Below, one piece after another: positions 32,884 to 43,800 of a DNA stretch of 64,000 bases; positions within the stretch are counted from its first letter, which is position 1, and each line of letters opens with the position of its first letter. Origin of the DNA: an uncultured Planctomycetaceae bacterium (lineage in GTDB: Bacteria; Planctomycetota; Planctomycetia; Planctomycetales; Planctomycetaceae); contig CAWFAK010000016.1 in assembly GCA_963813715.1 (NCBI GenBank), forward strand, positions 416,001-480,000. The letters are read 5' to 3'. A program made the translations under genes and the position numbers. The notes below the pieces were generated by a model. That model was given only the letters and a program-made list of their open reading frames with translations. It was not told the origin of the DNA and made no database searches.

Positions 32884-34526
32884 TTGGGGGTGGAAGATCG
32901 CATTTACCGAAGTCTTCGAACCGCACAAGAGCGAGAGCTTCAGACCCATGCTTCGCCTGCTGAGCCGGCCGCGGCTCAGCCGAGCGCTGCGGCGCCTGTG
33001 GCCCCCGAGCACGCTGCCCCGCCGACGCACGCCACCGCGCCGGCACATGTCGTTGTGCCTGCGCACGTGTCGGCCCCATCGCACGCTCATATCCAGCCGG
33101 CCGACGCGGCCGGACCGCGCTGGTTTACCCGCGGACTGGGAGGCGAGCGGCCGCGGATCTCGGTCGTGGGCACGCTTTCGCTGAGCGTGTTGATCAGCGC
33201 CGGGCTGTTTGCTGCGCAGAGGATCTTCAATCCGCCACAAAAGCACCATGACGACACCGTCGCCGTCGACTCGAGCGCTGCGCTGCGGTTGGCCGCCCAC
33301 ACGCCCGACGACGCGGACGACGACAGCGCCGCTCCGGCGTCCGTGTCGAGCCACGCCGGCCATGTGCATGCTCCGGCCGCGCACGGTCACTCCCACTCGG
33401 CTCGCGCAGTCGCTTCGGATGATCAGTCCTCGGACGACAGCCTCGTGAGCGACGCAACCGACAGCGCTTCTGCCACCAAATCGCATCACCACGCCAGTCG
33501 CGCGGTGCAGCACGCGACGGACGAATCCGACTCTCTGCCGGCCGACCTCGATGGAACGGCGCAGACCGCGGACCATTCGACGCATGCACCGCTCGACCCA
33601 ATGAGCAGCTTGCCCGGGAACGCCTCGCCGGTTGCAAGCCAGATCGCGCAGCCGCAAGCGCCGCTGCAGTCGTCGCTGCCGATCAATCAATCCGCCGCGC
33701 TGCCCTCCTACCCGGCTGTGCAACCAGCGACGCCGGCCGGCGGTCAGTCGGTGGATCTGAGCAATCCGCAGTGGCCAGCCACGCAGGCGGGAGCTGGACC
33801 GGCTCCCACCAGCACCGTTCAAGTTTCCGCGGAAGCTGCCAACACGCCGACGCTCACAATCGTCCCCGGCCGCCCGGAGAATTTCGCGATGCCGGGCGGG
33901 CAGCGTGCCCCCGTGATGCGGCCGATCGCACAAGCGCCGCCCGTTGCTCCGCAGCCGGTCGTGCCGCAACAGGTCGCGCCGCAGCAGGTGGCTCCGCAGT
34001 ATGTGCCGGCGCCGGCTCCGCCGATCACCGTCCAACCGATTGCCACGCAACCGACCGCTTCGCCGATTCAGCCGACGGCCCAGCAGGTGCCTGCTGACGC
34101 TCCGGGTTCACATTACTCGGAGTTGCCCGCGGCCGCGCCGGTCAGCCGGCTGCCAATCCGCTGACGAGCCTGGATCACACGAAGGTGATGTCGTTCCAGT
34201 TCCGGAACGCTCCCTGGTCGCTGGTGCTCGCGAAATTCGCTAGTGCCACGGGCCTCGAACTGCGGATGCAAGCGATGCCGGACGGAACGTTCAATCGCTG
34301 GGACTCGGCCCGTTACACGCCGACGCAGACTTTGGCCATCTTGAACAGCGAGATGGCCAAGTTGGGCTGCCAGGCGAAAATCATCGGGACCTCGCTGTAT
34401 GTTGTGCAGGCCGGTGCCGCGGACGCGGCGACAGCCGGCCCGGCGGTCGTTCCGGCCAGCGCACCGATGCCGGCCAGCGCACCGATGCCGCAGTATGCAA
34501 GTGCGCCGGGCACGGCGACCCGTTAG
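32884..34526 (+). CDS. Membrane-anchored His/Pro/Gln-rich protein with C-terminal secretin-N0-like domain (probable frameshift near 34140)
   Basis: TM ISVVGTLSLSVLISAGLFAA; low-complexity linker; FQFRNAPWSLVLAKFASATGLELRMQAMPDGTFNRWDSARYTP. Confidence 0.6.
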
Positions 34527-35554
34527 TTGGGGCGGCTCGACTGAGCCGGCCGATAGCGGTCAACCAACGCGAGATTGATCTCGAGCACATTAATCAATTC
34601 GACACCCGCGAGCCCCCCCATGGGGGCTCGTGCTTTTTCGTGCAGCAGAGTATCGATCTCGCCCCGGATTTGAGCCGGATCACGCCGCGTTTCGCCGGCC
34701 CACTTTGCCGCGACGCGGTCGAGCTGATAGAGGGCGTTTTTGAGCGTGATGTGCGGGTCGAGACCAGAGCCCGACGCCATCACCAGATCGGCCGGCACCG
34801 ATTCCAGTTCCTCCCGCGGGTGGTCCTGCAGCCACATGTCGAAAAACGTCGCCTGAATTTCCGGGCCCGTCGTTGCCGGGCCGACGATTTTTTCAGTCGC
34901 CCCGTTGGATTGCTTCTGCTCGCTGGCAACCGGAAACGCGCCGCTGTGTGTCTGAGCGAAATCGACGAGGTAGAGTGCGGCCAGGTCCTCGGGCTTCGGT
35001 TCGGGCGTGTCCGGGTTCTCGTGAATCCACTGCGACACCTCTGCGGTATGCGCGGCTTTCCAGGTGACAATGGCGTCGGAATTGGCGCTATCGGAAGTCG
35101 CCCAGCTGCGGGCGATGGCCGGATGCGCCTGCGCCCATTGAGCGACGATTCCCGGCTTCTGCCCGAAGCGATTTTGCTGGAACCACTTTTCGATGTCGGG
35201 TCCAACCAATTGATGGGCCTTGTCTCCGGTGCGATAGCGGGCGATCGGTCCGAGTTGCCGAGCGACCCGATCGCGCAGAAGCGGATTGTTCGCACCCCAA
35301 TTCGAGGCCCCCGAGGCGGCCGCGTTGTAGGAGACGGCTGACGGACGCGGCTGAAAGAATTCGTCCGCGGTAAACGGTTGAGCGATCAAGCGCGAGCCGA
35401 TCGGCTTCCCGTCGCGGTCGAAGACCAGGCTGCCCGCAGCTTGCGCCGGGAACACCACGTGACCGATGCCGAGTAGCAAGCCCGGGTAAATCACGCAGCA
35501 CAAGAGCAGCGACAGTCCGAACAGCCAGAAATTGGCACGCAATGCGGAGGGCAT
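34523..35554 (-). CDS. kdpC: K+-transporting ATPase subunit C, extended
   Basis: CCVIYP, GSRLIAQPF, FQPRPSAVSYNAAASGASNWG, PADLVMASGSGLDPHI, NVLEINLAL. Confidence 0.95.
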   Translation of the reverse strand: MPSALRANFWLFGLSLLLCCVIYPGLLLGIGHVVFPAQAAGSLVFDRDGKPIGSRLIAQPFTADEFFQPRPSAVSYNAAASGASNWGANNPLLRDRVARQLGPIARYRTGDKAHQLVGPDIEKWFQQNRFGQKPGIVAQWAQAHPAIARSWATSDSANSDAIVTWKAAHTAEVSQWIHENPDTPEPKPEDLAALYLVDFAQTHSGAFPVASEQKQSNGATEKIVGPATTGPEIQATFFDMWLQDHPREELESVPADLVMASGSGLDPHITLKNALYQLDRVAAKWAGETRRDPAQIRGEIDTLLHEKARAPMGGLAGVELINVLEINLALVDRYRPAQSSRPN

Positions 35555-35615
35555 GTTTTGGGTCTTCGATTTCAAGAGGAGGCTTTGACTACCGCGAGCA
35601 GCGATCGCCGCTGAA

Positions 35616-37811
35616 TCACGCCACCAGGTTCAAGCTCGTTAAGAACATGTCGATCAACTTGATGCCGACGAACGGCACAATCACGCCGCCGAGGCCCCAG
35701 ATCAACAGGTTCCGCCGCAAGAGTGCGTCGGCGCCCACCGGCTTATAGGCCACTCCCTTGAGCGCGATGGGAATCAACAGCGGGATAATGATCGCGTTAA
35801 AGATCACGGCCGACAGAATGGCCGACGTGGCCGAGTGCAGGTTCATCACGTCGAACGCTTTGAGCCACGGCAGTGTGGCCGCGAACAGCGCCGGGACGAT
35901 GGCAAAATACTTGGCGAGGTCGTTGGCGATCGAAAAAGTCGTCAGGGCGCCACGGGTCATCAAGAGCTGCTTGCCAATCTCGACGATCTCGATCAGCTTG
36001 GTCGGATCGCTGTCGAGGTCGACCATGTTGCCCGCTTCTTTGGCGGCCTGAGTGCCGGAATTCATGGCAACGCCGACGTCCGCCTGGGCGAGGGCCGGCG
36101 CGTCGTTGGTGCCGTCGCCCATCATGGCGACGAGCTTTCCGCCGGCCTGCTCGTTGCGGATGTAATCGAGCTTGGCTTCGGGCGTGGCCTGGGCAATGAA
36201 CGCGTCGACGCCCGCCTGGTCGGCGATCGCCTTGGCGGTGAGCGGATTGTCGCCGGTGACCATCACGGTCCGCAGCCCCATGCGTCGCAAGCGTTCGAAG
36301 CGGTCGCGCATGCCCGGCTTCAGGACGTCTTCGAGCACGATTACGCCGGCGAGTCGGTTGTCTTCGCAGACCAACAGCGGCGTCGCCCCGCGGGCGGCGA
36401 CGGAGTCGACTTGCGACTGCACCTGCGGCGAGACGCCCCCCTTTAGCTCCTGGATGTAGCGGACCATCGTGTCGGGAGCGCCCTTGCGGATGCGGCGGCC
36501 GTCCGGCAGATCGACTCCGCTCATTCGCGTCTGCGCCGTGAATTCGATGAACCGCGAACCCGAGAGCACGAGCGCTTCGATGGAGGCGGCCCGCAGCTTG
36601 CTGGTGCCGTCGGCGGCCAGCGTGCGGTACAGCTCGACGACGCTCTTGCCCTCGGGCGTCTGGTCGGCAATCGAGGCCGTCGCCGCCAACTGCCCGACTT
36701 CGGCGGCCGTGAACTCGTCGAACGGCAGAAACTGGGTCGCCCGGCGATTGCCCATCGTGATCGTGCCGGTTTTATCAAGCAGTAGCGTGTCGATATCGCC
36801 GGCCACTTCGACCGCCTTGCCGCTCTTGGCGAGCACGTTGGCTCGCAGGGCCCGGTCCATACCCGCGATGCCGATTGCCGCCAGCAGGGCCCCGATCGTC
36901 GTCGGAATCAGGCAAACCAACAGACCCACGAGCGTCGGTATGTCGGTCCCCAGGCTCTGAATCGGCTGCGGCGCACCGAGGTAGGCCTGCATGTAGAGTT
37001 CCGCGTTGCGGGCCATCGGCCAGAGCGCGGCCGTGACGATTAAAAAGATCAGAGTGAACGCAGAGAGCACGAGCGAGAGGGCGATCTCGTTGGGCGTCCG
37101 CTGGCGGATGGCCCCTTCGACGAGGGCGATCATCCGGTCGAGGAACGATTTGCCGGCGCCGGCGGTGATCCGCACCACGATCCGATCCGAAAGCACCCGC
37201 GTGCCGCCGGTGACGCCCGAGCGATCGCCGCCTGCTTCGCGAATCACGGGGGCCGATTCGCCCGTGATGGCCGACTCGTCGACCGAGGCGACACCTTCGA
37301 TGATCTCGCCGTCGCCGGGGATGATCTGTCCCGCCGTGACGGCGACCAGATCGCCCGCTTTGAGTAGGGTCGAGTTGGTTTCCTCGAGCGTGCCGTCGGG
37401 TAGCTGTCGAAAGGCGGGCGTCTCGCGCCGCGTTTTTCGCAGCGCGTCGGCCTGGGCCTTGCCGCGGGCTTCCGCGAGCGCCGTGGCGAAATTGGCAAAC
37501 AGCACCGTCAGTAACAGCCAGACGTCGAGCGCCAAGAGATAGGTCACCCGCACCGGCGAGGAATAGCCGACTAACCGCGCGACGGTAAAGATGACACTGA
37601 GCACCGTCCCCACCTCGACGACGAACATCACCGGGTTCTTCCACTGGATGTCCGGCCGCAGCATCACGAACGATTGCTTGAGCGCGGCCCGCATCAGGTG
37701 CGGCGCGAACAAGCCATAGCGGCGCGTGGCCCGGCGGCTGAGCTTCAGCTCTTCCGGCGACGGATCGTCGACGGCGCCCGGCGGCGGGGAATCGATCAAC
37801 GTGCTCGACAT
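35616..37811 (-). CDS. kdpB: K+-transporting P-type ATPase subunit B
   Basis: [33 protein letters not shown]. Confidence 0.98.
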   Translation of the reverse strand: MSSTLIDSPPPGAVDDPSPEELKLSRRATRRYGLFAPHLMRAALKQSFVMLRPDIQWKNPVMFVVEVGTVLSVIFTVARLVGYSSPVRVTYLLALDVWLLLTVLFANFATALAEARGKAQADALRKTRRETPAFRQLPDGTLEETNSTLLKAGDLVAVTAGQIIPGDGEIIEGVASVDESAITGESAPVIREAGGDRSGVTGGTRVLSDRIVVRITAGAGKSFLDRMIALVEGAIRQRTPNEIALSLVLSAFTLIFLIVTAALWPMARNAELYMQAYLGAPQPIQSLGTDIPTLVGLLVCLIPTTIGALLAAIGIAGMDRALRANVLAKSGKAVEVAGDIDTLLLDKTGTITMGNRRATQFLPFDEFTAAEVGQLAATASIADQTPEGKSVVELYRTLAADGTSKLRAASIEALVLSGSRFIEFTAQTRMSGVDLPDGRRIRKGAPDTMVRYIQELKGGVSPQVQSQVDSVAARGATPLLVCEDNRLAGVIVLEDVLKPGMRDRFERLRRMGLRTVMVTGDNPLTAKAIADQAGVDAFIAQATPEAKLDYIRNEQAGGKLVAMMGDGTNDAPALAQADVGVAMNSGTQAAKEAGNMVDLDSDPTKLIEIVEIGKQLLMTRGALTTFSIANDLAKYFAIVPALFAATLPWLKAFDVMNLHSATSAILSAVIFNAIIIPLLIPIALKGVAYKPVGADALLRRNLLIWGLGGVIVPFVGIKLIDMFLTSLNLVA

Positions 37812-37854
37812 GGCGAAAGTACCTGGGTCACGAGGACCAGTCATCCGTTCAAGC

Positions 37855-37925
37855 GTCAGAAAATCGTGCCGTCAGAAATCGTCGGTCAGCAATCGTTCGT
37901 CAGAGATCGTCAGCGAAGACCGTCA
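37855..37925. repeat. Degenerate short tandem repeat between kdpA and kdpB
   Basis: About five GTCAG(A/C)AATCG-like units with 10-16 nt period. Confidence 0.6.
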
Positions 37926-39773
37926 CCCGCCAAACGGGATCGGCCCCAGATGCTCGGCCACAGGGCCGAGCACGGCGGCGGGCAGGAACAGAGGGCGCCG
38001 ATGAGCAGAATTGTTCCGAGCAACACAAATCCGAACGTCGCCGTATCGGTGCGGAGCGTGCCGGCCGTGTAGGGCGTCCGTTTCTTCGCCGCCAGGCCGG
38101 CGGCCAGCGCGATGGGGGCGACGATCGGAATCAGCCGTCCGAAGATCATCACGAGCCCCGTGGCGATGTCCCACTGCGGATTGTAGGGCGCGGGGGGCGA
38201 TGCGTTTTCTTGCGGATTGTTGAAACCCCAGGCCGTCGTCAGGCCGCCGAATTCGGAGCCGTTGTTGGCCGACGACGAGCTGAACTCGTACAGAATTTCC
38301 GAAAAGCCATGCGCGCCGGGGTTGTTGGTCGCTTTCGTTCCCCAATCGCAGGCCGCGAACAGCCCGGTCGGCCCGAGAATCAGAATCGGGTGGACCAGGA
38401 GCGCCAGCATTGCGAGTTTCATCTCGCGGGCTTCCACCTTTTTCCCCAGGTATTCCGGCGTGCGGCCGACCATCAGGCCGGCCAGAAAGACTCCCATGAT
38501 CAGGTAGATCAGCAGGTTGATCAGGCCCACTCCCTTGCCGCCGAAAATGCAGTTGAGCCACATCCCCCCAAGCGGCGTGATACCGGCCAGCGGATTCAGA
38601 CTGTCGTGCATGCAGTTCACCGAGCCGCAGGCGACGGCCGTAGTGACCGCCGCAAAGGTCGCTCCCGCCGAGGTGCCGAAGCGCAGCTCCTTGCCTTCCA
38701 GGTTGCCCAACTCCTGGTCGACCGGCAGTCCGGCGAGGGCCGGGACTTCGACGGGCGTGGACTTGCGGGCTCCTTTGTCGTCCTGAACGTCGATGACGTA
38801 CGGCTTCCCGGCAGAATCCGTGATCGCGGGCCGGGCAGTCGAGCGCGGCGTTCGGCTGCAGCGTGTCCCAGGCGATGCCCCAGCTGACCAGCGCCAGAAA
38901 TAGCACCATCATCGCCGAATAGAGCACGGCGGCATGCCGCATGTTGTTGAGCATCCTCCCGAACATCACGACGAGCGAGAACGGGAAGAGCAGAATGTTC
39001 ACGCAGGTGAAGAAGTTCGTCCAATCGTCCGGGTTCTCGTAGGGATGGGCCGAGTTGGCGCCAAAGAAGCCGCCGCCGTTAGTCCCCAAGTGCTTGATCG
39101 GAATCACCGCGGCGACCGGGCCTCGGGAAATGCTTTGGGGCTTCGCCGCACCGTTGGTCTCGTGCCCCATCGCGCCGGCTTCGACCGTCCGCACGTCGAT
39201 TGTGGGCTCGAGCGTCATCGGCACGCCGCGCGCCATCAAGAACCACGCCCATCACCAGGCTCGAGGGAAAGAAGACGTAGGCGGTGGCCCGCCACAAATC
39301 GACGTAGTAATTGCCCATGTCGGCGTCGCCTCGCAGCCCGCGAATGACCGCGCACAGGGCGCAAAAGCCGACGCCCGCCGAGAGAAACATGTTGGTGACC
39401 ACGAACAGCAGCTGCGACGTGTACGAGAGGTGCTGCTCGCCCGCGTAGTGCTGCAGATTGGTATTGGTGAAGAAGGAAATGGCCGTGTTGAAGATCGTCG
39501 TCGGCGCCAGCATGCCCTTGCCGGCCGGGGCAAAGGGCAAGAGCGGCTGCAGGGCGAGGACCACGAAGCCAAAGATGAACAAGAGCGCGTTAAAGGCAGC
39601 AGCGAGGCGACGTACTGCGTCCACCGCTGCGGCCCGGTGTTCAGCCGCCCCTCGATCCACTGCAGCCACCGCGGCGCGCGATACCGTCCGTCCATGATCC
39701 ACGCGAGATAAAACCCGCACGGGATCGACAAGAGCACGGTCGTGGCGATGATCACAAACGGCAAGAACCACAT
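37923..39773 (-). CDS. kdpA: K+-transporting ATPase subunit A (several frameshifts)
   Basis: FTNTNLQHYAGE, KHLGTNGGGFFGANSAHPYENP, GLMVGRTPEYLGKK, SSANNGS, LRTDT. Confidence 0.95.
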
Positions 39774-39863
39774 GGAACAGCCTCAATAGCGTGGCCCGCG
39801 AGTCGTCGGGCGTTGACCGACTGCAGGATCAAAACGAGGGGATCGGGCGTGCGAGCGGGCGGC

Positions 39864-39944
39864 CTAAAACCACTCCGGCCGAAGCAAGGCGGCCAGCAAG
39901 TAGACGAACAACAGCAGCGTCACGAGGCCCGTCAGCACAATCAT
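39864..39944 (-). CDS. kdpF: KdpF subunit, 26 aa
   Basis: MIVLTGLVTLLLFVYLLAALLRPEWF with the YL..ALLRPE motif, directly upstream of kdpA. Confidence 0.92.
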   Translation of the reverse strand: MIVLTGLVTLLLFVYLLAALLRPEWF

Positions 39945-40118
39945 GGGGATCTTTCAGAGTCCGTTGTCAGCACGATCCGTTGTCAGCGATGCGAAGGCGA
40001 GGTTCAATCGCCACTCGATTTGCCACCGCCGGTCGGGGAAACGCGTCCGTCTTCGTATACGGGGCCCAGGTCGACACGGCTCGTTGCCGCCCGAAACGTT
40101 CAAAAGACGCGTTCAGCA

Positions 40119-40214
40119 TTAGACGCGTTCACAGCCGGCGGCGAACGCGAAGACCAGCCCGATCGCCCCCACGCCGACCAAGAACAGAGCGGGGAGCCAA
40201 ATCATCAGATTCAT
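40119..40214 (-). CDS. 31-aa hydrophobic peptide heading the kdp operon
   Basis: GGAG RBS; MNLMIWLPALFLVGVGAIGLVFAFAAGCERV. Confidence 0.75.
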   Translation of the reverse strand: MNLMIWLPALFLVGVGAIGLVFAFAAGCERV

Positions 40215-40300
40215 GTCACTTCACTCCGCGACCGTCGCGTTTTTCGGGAGAAGTGAGTCGTCTCGTGAAGAGCGCGGACCGGTCGCCGGTCGCGACAGTA

Positions 40301-40317
40301 CGCAAGCTCTATGCCGA
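40301..40317 (-). promoter_or_regulatory. sigma-54-type promoter of kdp operon
   Basis: Minus strand TCGGCATAGAGCTTGCG, GG-N10-GC with TTGC. Confidence 0.65.
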
Positions 40318-40393
40318 CGTTAGGCTGATGCTTTAACTCCTGATTGCGCGGGCACATCGCGTGTTGCCGCTCAGCTCGGCGGCCGCTGGTGGA

Positions 40394-40427
40394 GTGCAAT
40401 TTGCACGCTCGTCTGTGCAAATTGCAC
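40394..40427. promoter_or_regulatory. Paired palindromic operator / upstream activator sites
   Basis: GTGCAATTTGCAC (40394) and GTGCAAATTGCAC (40415), exact inverted copies spaced 21 bp. Confidence 0.7.
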
Positions 40428-40504
40428 GTCGCGTTTGGAGTCTGGCCGCGTCAGGTCGGGGTGGGCAACACTCGAATTGCATTCGTCGCGATCGGCGAGC
40501 AACA

Positions 40505-42420
40505 ATGCGAACTGTGACCCTCTCCTTGCGCCATCGCATTTTGATCACCCTCATTCCCTTGCTGCTTTTGCTGGCGGCGATCGGCAGCGGGGGGATTGTG
40601 CTGTTGTTCCGCCTGGGCAACAGCGTCGATGCCATTTTGCGGGAGAACTATCGCAGCGTCATCGCGATGGAGGGGCTCAACGAGGCGGTCGAGCGGATCG
40701 ACTCGTCGTTTCAATTCGCGCTCAGCGGACGCCGCGACAAGGCCTGGCAGCAGTACACGCATAGCTGGGAGTCGTACCTCGAGAATCTGGAAATCGAAAA
40801 GAATAACATCACCGTTCCGGGCGAAGCGGAGCTGGTCGCACAGCTGGAACAGTCGACCAACGATTATCGAAAACAGGGGAACGAGTTTTACGCGACCCCC
40901 GCGGACACCACGCCTTCGTCCAACGCAGTCGCGGCAGACGCAGGCCTACTACCAGCCGGGCGGCCTGCTCGAAGGATTCGGCCGGATCAAAGAGGTCTCG
41001 GGACAAATCCTGCACCTCAATCAGTCGAACATGGAGCAGGCCAGTGCCGACGCGCGGCATCTGGCGAAGCTATCCGCCATCGGCTTCGCCGCCGCACTCG
41101 CCATCGCGCTCGTCCTGGCTGGCTTTGCCGTGTTGCACACCATGCGGACGATCCTGCGGCCCGTGCAGGCGGTGACGCAGGCGGCGCTGGCCATCAGCGG
41201 CGGCAACCTCAACCAGCTGGTCCCCTATCAGGCAGACGACGAGTTGGGGCAGTTGGCCCGCGCCTTCAACACGATGACCCGCCATTTGCGGGAGTTTCGC
41301 CAGTCGCAGTCGGCCCAGTTGCTGCGGGCGCAGCGCGCGAGCCAGGCCACGGTCGATTCATTTCCCGACCCGGTGATCGTCATCGACTCGGAAGGCTTCG
41401 TCGAAATCGCCAATCCGGCCGCCCGTCGCTTGCTCGGCGTGTTGACCAAGCACCACGGACAACCGACTTCGAGCACCTGGCAACCGCCGGAACCACTGCG
41501 GCAGCCGCTGGCCGACGCGCTCAAGGAGCAGCGGGACTACTCGCCCGAGGGATTCGACCATGTGATTCTGCTCGGCTCCGACGGGCGCGAGCGGGCCGTG
41601 TTGCCGCGCGTGCTGGCCATTCGGGATCCGCACGGCAGCACGCTGGGAGCCGCCGTGCTGTTGCAGGACGTTACCCGGCTCCGGCTTGCTGGACCAGGTG
41701 AAAAACAACCTGGTGGCCACGGCCAGCCACGAGCTCAAAACGCCGCTGACCAGCATCCGCCTGGCCGTGCACTTGTTGCTGGAGGAGACGGTCGGTCCGC
41801 TCACGTCCAAGCAAACCGAATTGCTGCTCGACGCCCGCGAAAACAGCGAACGCCTCCTGGCGATGGTCAACAACTTGCTCGATCTGGCGCGGCTCGAGCA
41901 AGGCTCGCGTCAGCTCGACTTTCAGCCGATTCGGCCCGAGTCGCTGCTGCGGACCGCGGCCGATTCGATCCGGGCGCGGGCAGCCGACCATTCCATCGAT
42001 GTGGTGCTCAACCTGCGGGAGGGATTGCCGGAAGTGCAGGTCGACGTGTCGCGATTCGGCAGCGCGCTCCTCAACCTGCTCAATAATTCGCTGACCTACA
42101 CGGACCGGGGCGGCCGGATCGCTCTGGGCGCCCAGTCGGTCGGCGACGAGGTGGAGCTGACTGTTGCCGACACGGGCATCGGCATTCCGGCCGACGCATT
42201 GCCGCACGTCTTCGAGAAATTCTTCCGCGTTCCCGGGCAAAGCAAAGGGACGGGCACCGGCTTGGGACTGGCCATCGTGCAGGAGATCGTCGTGGCGCAC
42301 GGCGGCACGATCACCTGCGACAGCCATCCCGGGAAGGGGACCGAGTTTCGCATTCGTCTGCCGGCCTTGCGGGCATCGACCGTCGGACGCTTCCCACCCG
42401 CGCTCAAGGCCGTTTCGTGA
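40505..42420 (+). CDS. Membrane sensor histidine kinase (helical sensor, HAMP, PAS, HisKA, HATPase; frameshifts near 40930 and 41685)
   Basis: ILRENYRSV, DELGQLARAFNTM, ASHELKTPLTSI, NLLNNSL, DTGIGI, GTGLGL. Confidence 0.9.
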
Positions 42421-42453
42421 CGTCGTGAGCTTTTTAACGTCGGAGTTTTTGGC

Positions 42454-43575
42454 GTGAGCCTCGATCAGCAGGAACCCGCCTCCGAGCGATTTCTGACGAT
42501 GATCCGCCAGCAGAAGCGGGGGCGGCTGAAGATCTATCTGGGCTTTGCGGCGGGCGTCGGCAAGACCTACGAAATGCTGCAAGAGGCGCATCGCCTCAAG
42601 CGGCAGGGGGTCGATGTCGTCATCGGCGTCGTGGAAACGCATAAGCGAGCCGAAACGATCGCCCAGATCGGCGATCTCGAGCAGGTTCCCCGCCGCACGA
42701 TCGAATATCGGGGCGTTACCATCGACGAAATGGATCTCGACGCCGTGCTGGCCCGGCACCCGGGCGTCGTGCTCGTCGATGAGTTGGCCCACACCAACGC
42801 GCCGGGCTCACGCAACGCCAAGCGTTACCAGGACATCGACGAGCTGATCCGCGCCGGCATCAACGTCATCAGCACGCTCAACATCCAGCACCTGGAAAGC
42901 CTGTACGACGTCGTCGAGAAGGCCACCGGCGTGAAGGTCAAAGAGCGAATCCCCGACTATGTGCTGGGGATGGCCGACGAGCTGGTAAACGTCGACGTGT
43001 CGTCCGAGGACCTGCGAGAACGGCTCGAATCGGGCAAGATTTATCCCGCCGAGCGGATCGGCACGGCTCTGGAAAGCTTCTTCACGAACGCGAATCTGAC
43101 CCGTCTGCGAGAATTGGCCTTCGAAGAGATTGCCTATCGCCTCGATCGCCGCCAGACCGAAGCCAGGGAAGACCAGGAACACAGCACGTCGGGCCGCGTA
43201 ATGGTCTGCCTCAGCTCCCGCAGTCCGAATGCGGAGCGTTTGCTGCGCCGCGCCGCCCGTCTGGCCGATCGGTTCAACGCTCCCTGGTACGCCGTCTACA
43301 TCCAAACTCCAACGGAAGACGTGCACCGAATCGACGCGGCCACGCAGCGACAGATCTCCAACACCCTCACTCTCACCACGCAAATGGGGGGGACGCCTTT
43401 CCAGGCAAAGGGCTCGGACGTGGTCGGCACGATCGCCACCTACGTCAACGAGTACGGCATCACGCACATTGTGCTGGGCCGTACGCAGCGCCCCTGGTAC
43501 CGCCGCTGGCTCGGCCCCTCCATTCTCGAGCGGTTGCTGGTCGCGATTCCCGACGTCGACGTGCTGATCGTTTAG
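42454..43575 (+). CDS. kdpD: Truncated KdpD (KdpD-N + Usp domains only)
   Basis: RGRLKIYLGFAAGVGKTYEML, VDELAHTN, TLNIQHLESL, Usp region VMVCLSS..THIVLG; no TM or kinase domain. Confidence 0.92.
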   Translation: MSLDQQEPASERFLTMIRQQKRGRLKIYLGFAAGVGKTYEMLQEAHRLKRQGVDVVIGVVETHKRAETIAQIGDLEQVPRRTIEYRGVTIDEMDLDAVLARHPGVVLVDELAHTNAPGSRNAKRYQDIDELIRAGINVISTLNIQHLESLYDVVEKATGVKVKERIPDYVLGMADELVNVDVSSEDLRERLESGKIYPAERIGTALESFFTNANLTRLRELAFEEIAYRLDRRQTEAREDQEHSTSGRVMVCLSSRSPNAERLLRRAARLADRFNAPWYAVYIQTPTEDVHRIDAATQRQISNTLTLTTQMGGTPFQAKGSDVVGTIATYVNEYGITHIVLGRTQRPWYRRWLGPSILERLLVAIPDVDVLIV

Positions 43576-43800
43576 ACGCATCGGGGCCGCACCTTCGTCT
43601 TCCGGTCAGCGGCGTGGAACCCGCCGATCGGAATGATTTGACGAGTGCGATATCATGGAGATCGCGCACGGGACGGCCCGCGCAGACAGTGTCGCGGCGG
43701 CGCGTCGCATCGCCCAAACAAAAACGGAGACCCGAAAATGTGCGTACCGACGTCCGGCGTGAGTGGAACCTCGGAGTCCGTTTCGTCGCGCCAGGTCTCG

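Noticed and set aside
33950..34490. Short coding tandem repeats (PQQVA, PASAPM)
   Set aside because: Ordinary low-complexity linker sequence.
39945..40119. Third small ORF between the 31-aa peptide and kdpF
   Set aside because: About 50 codons with no hydrophobic segment or recognisable motif.
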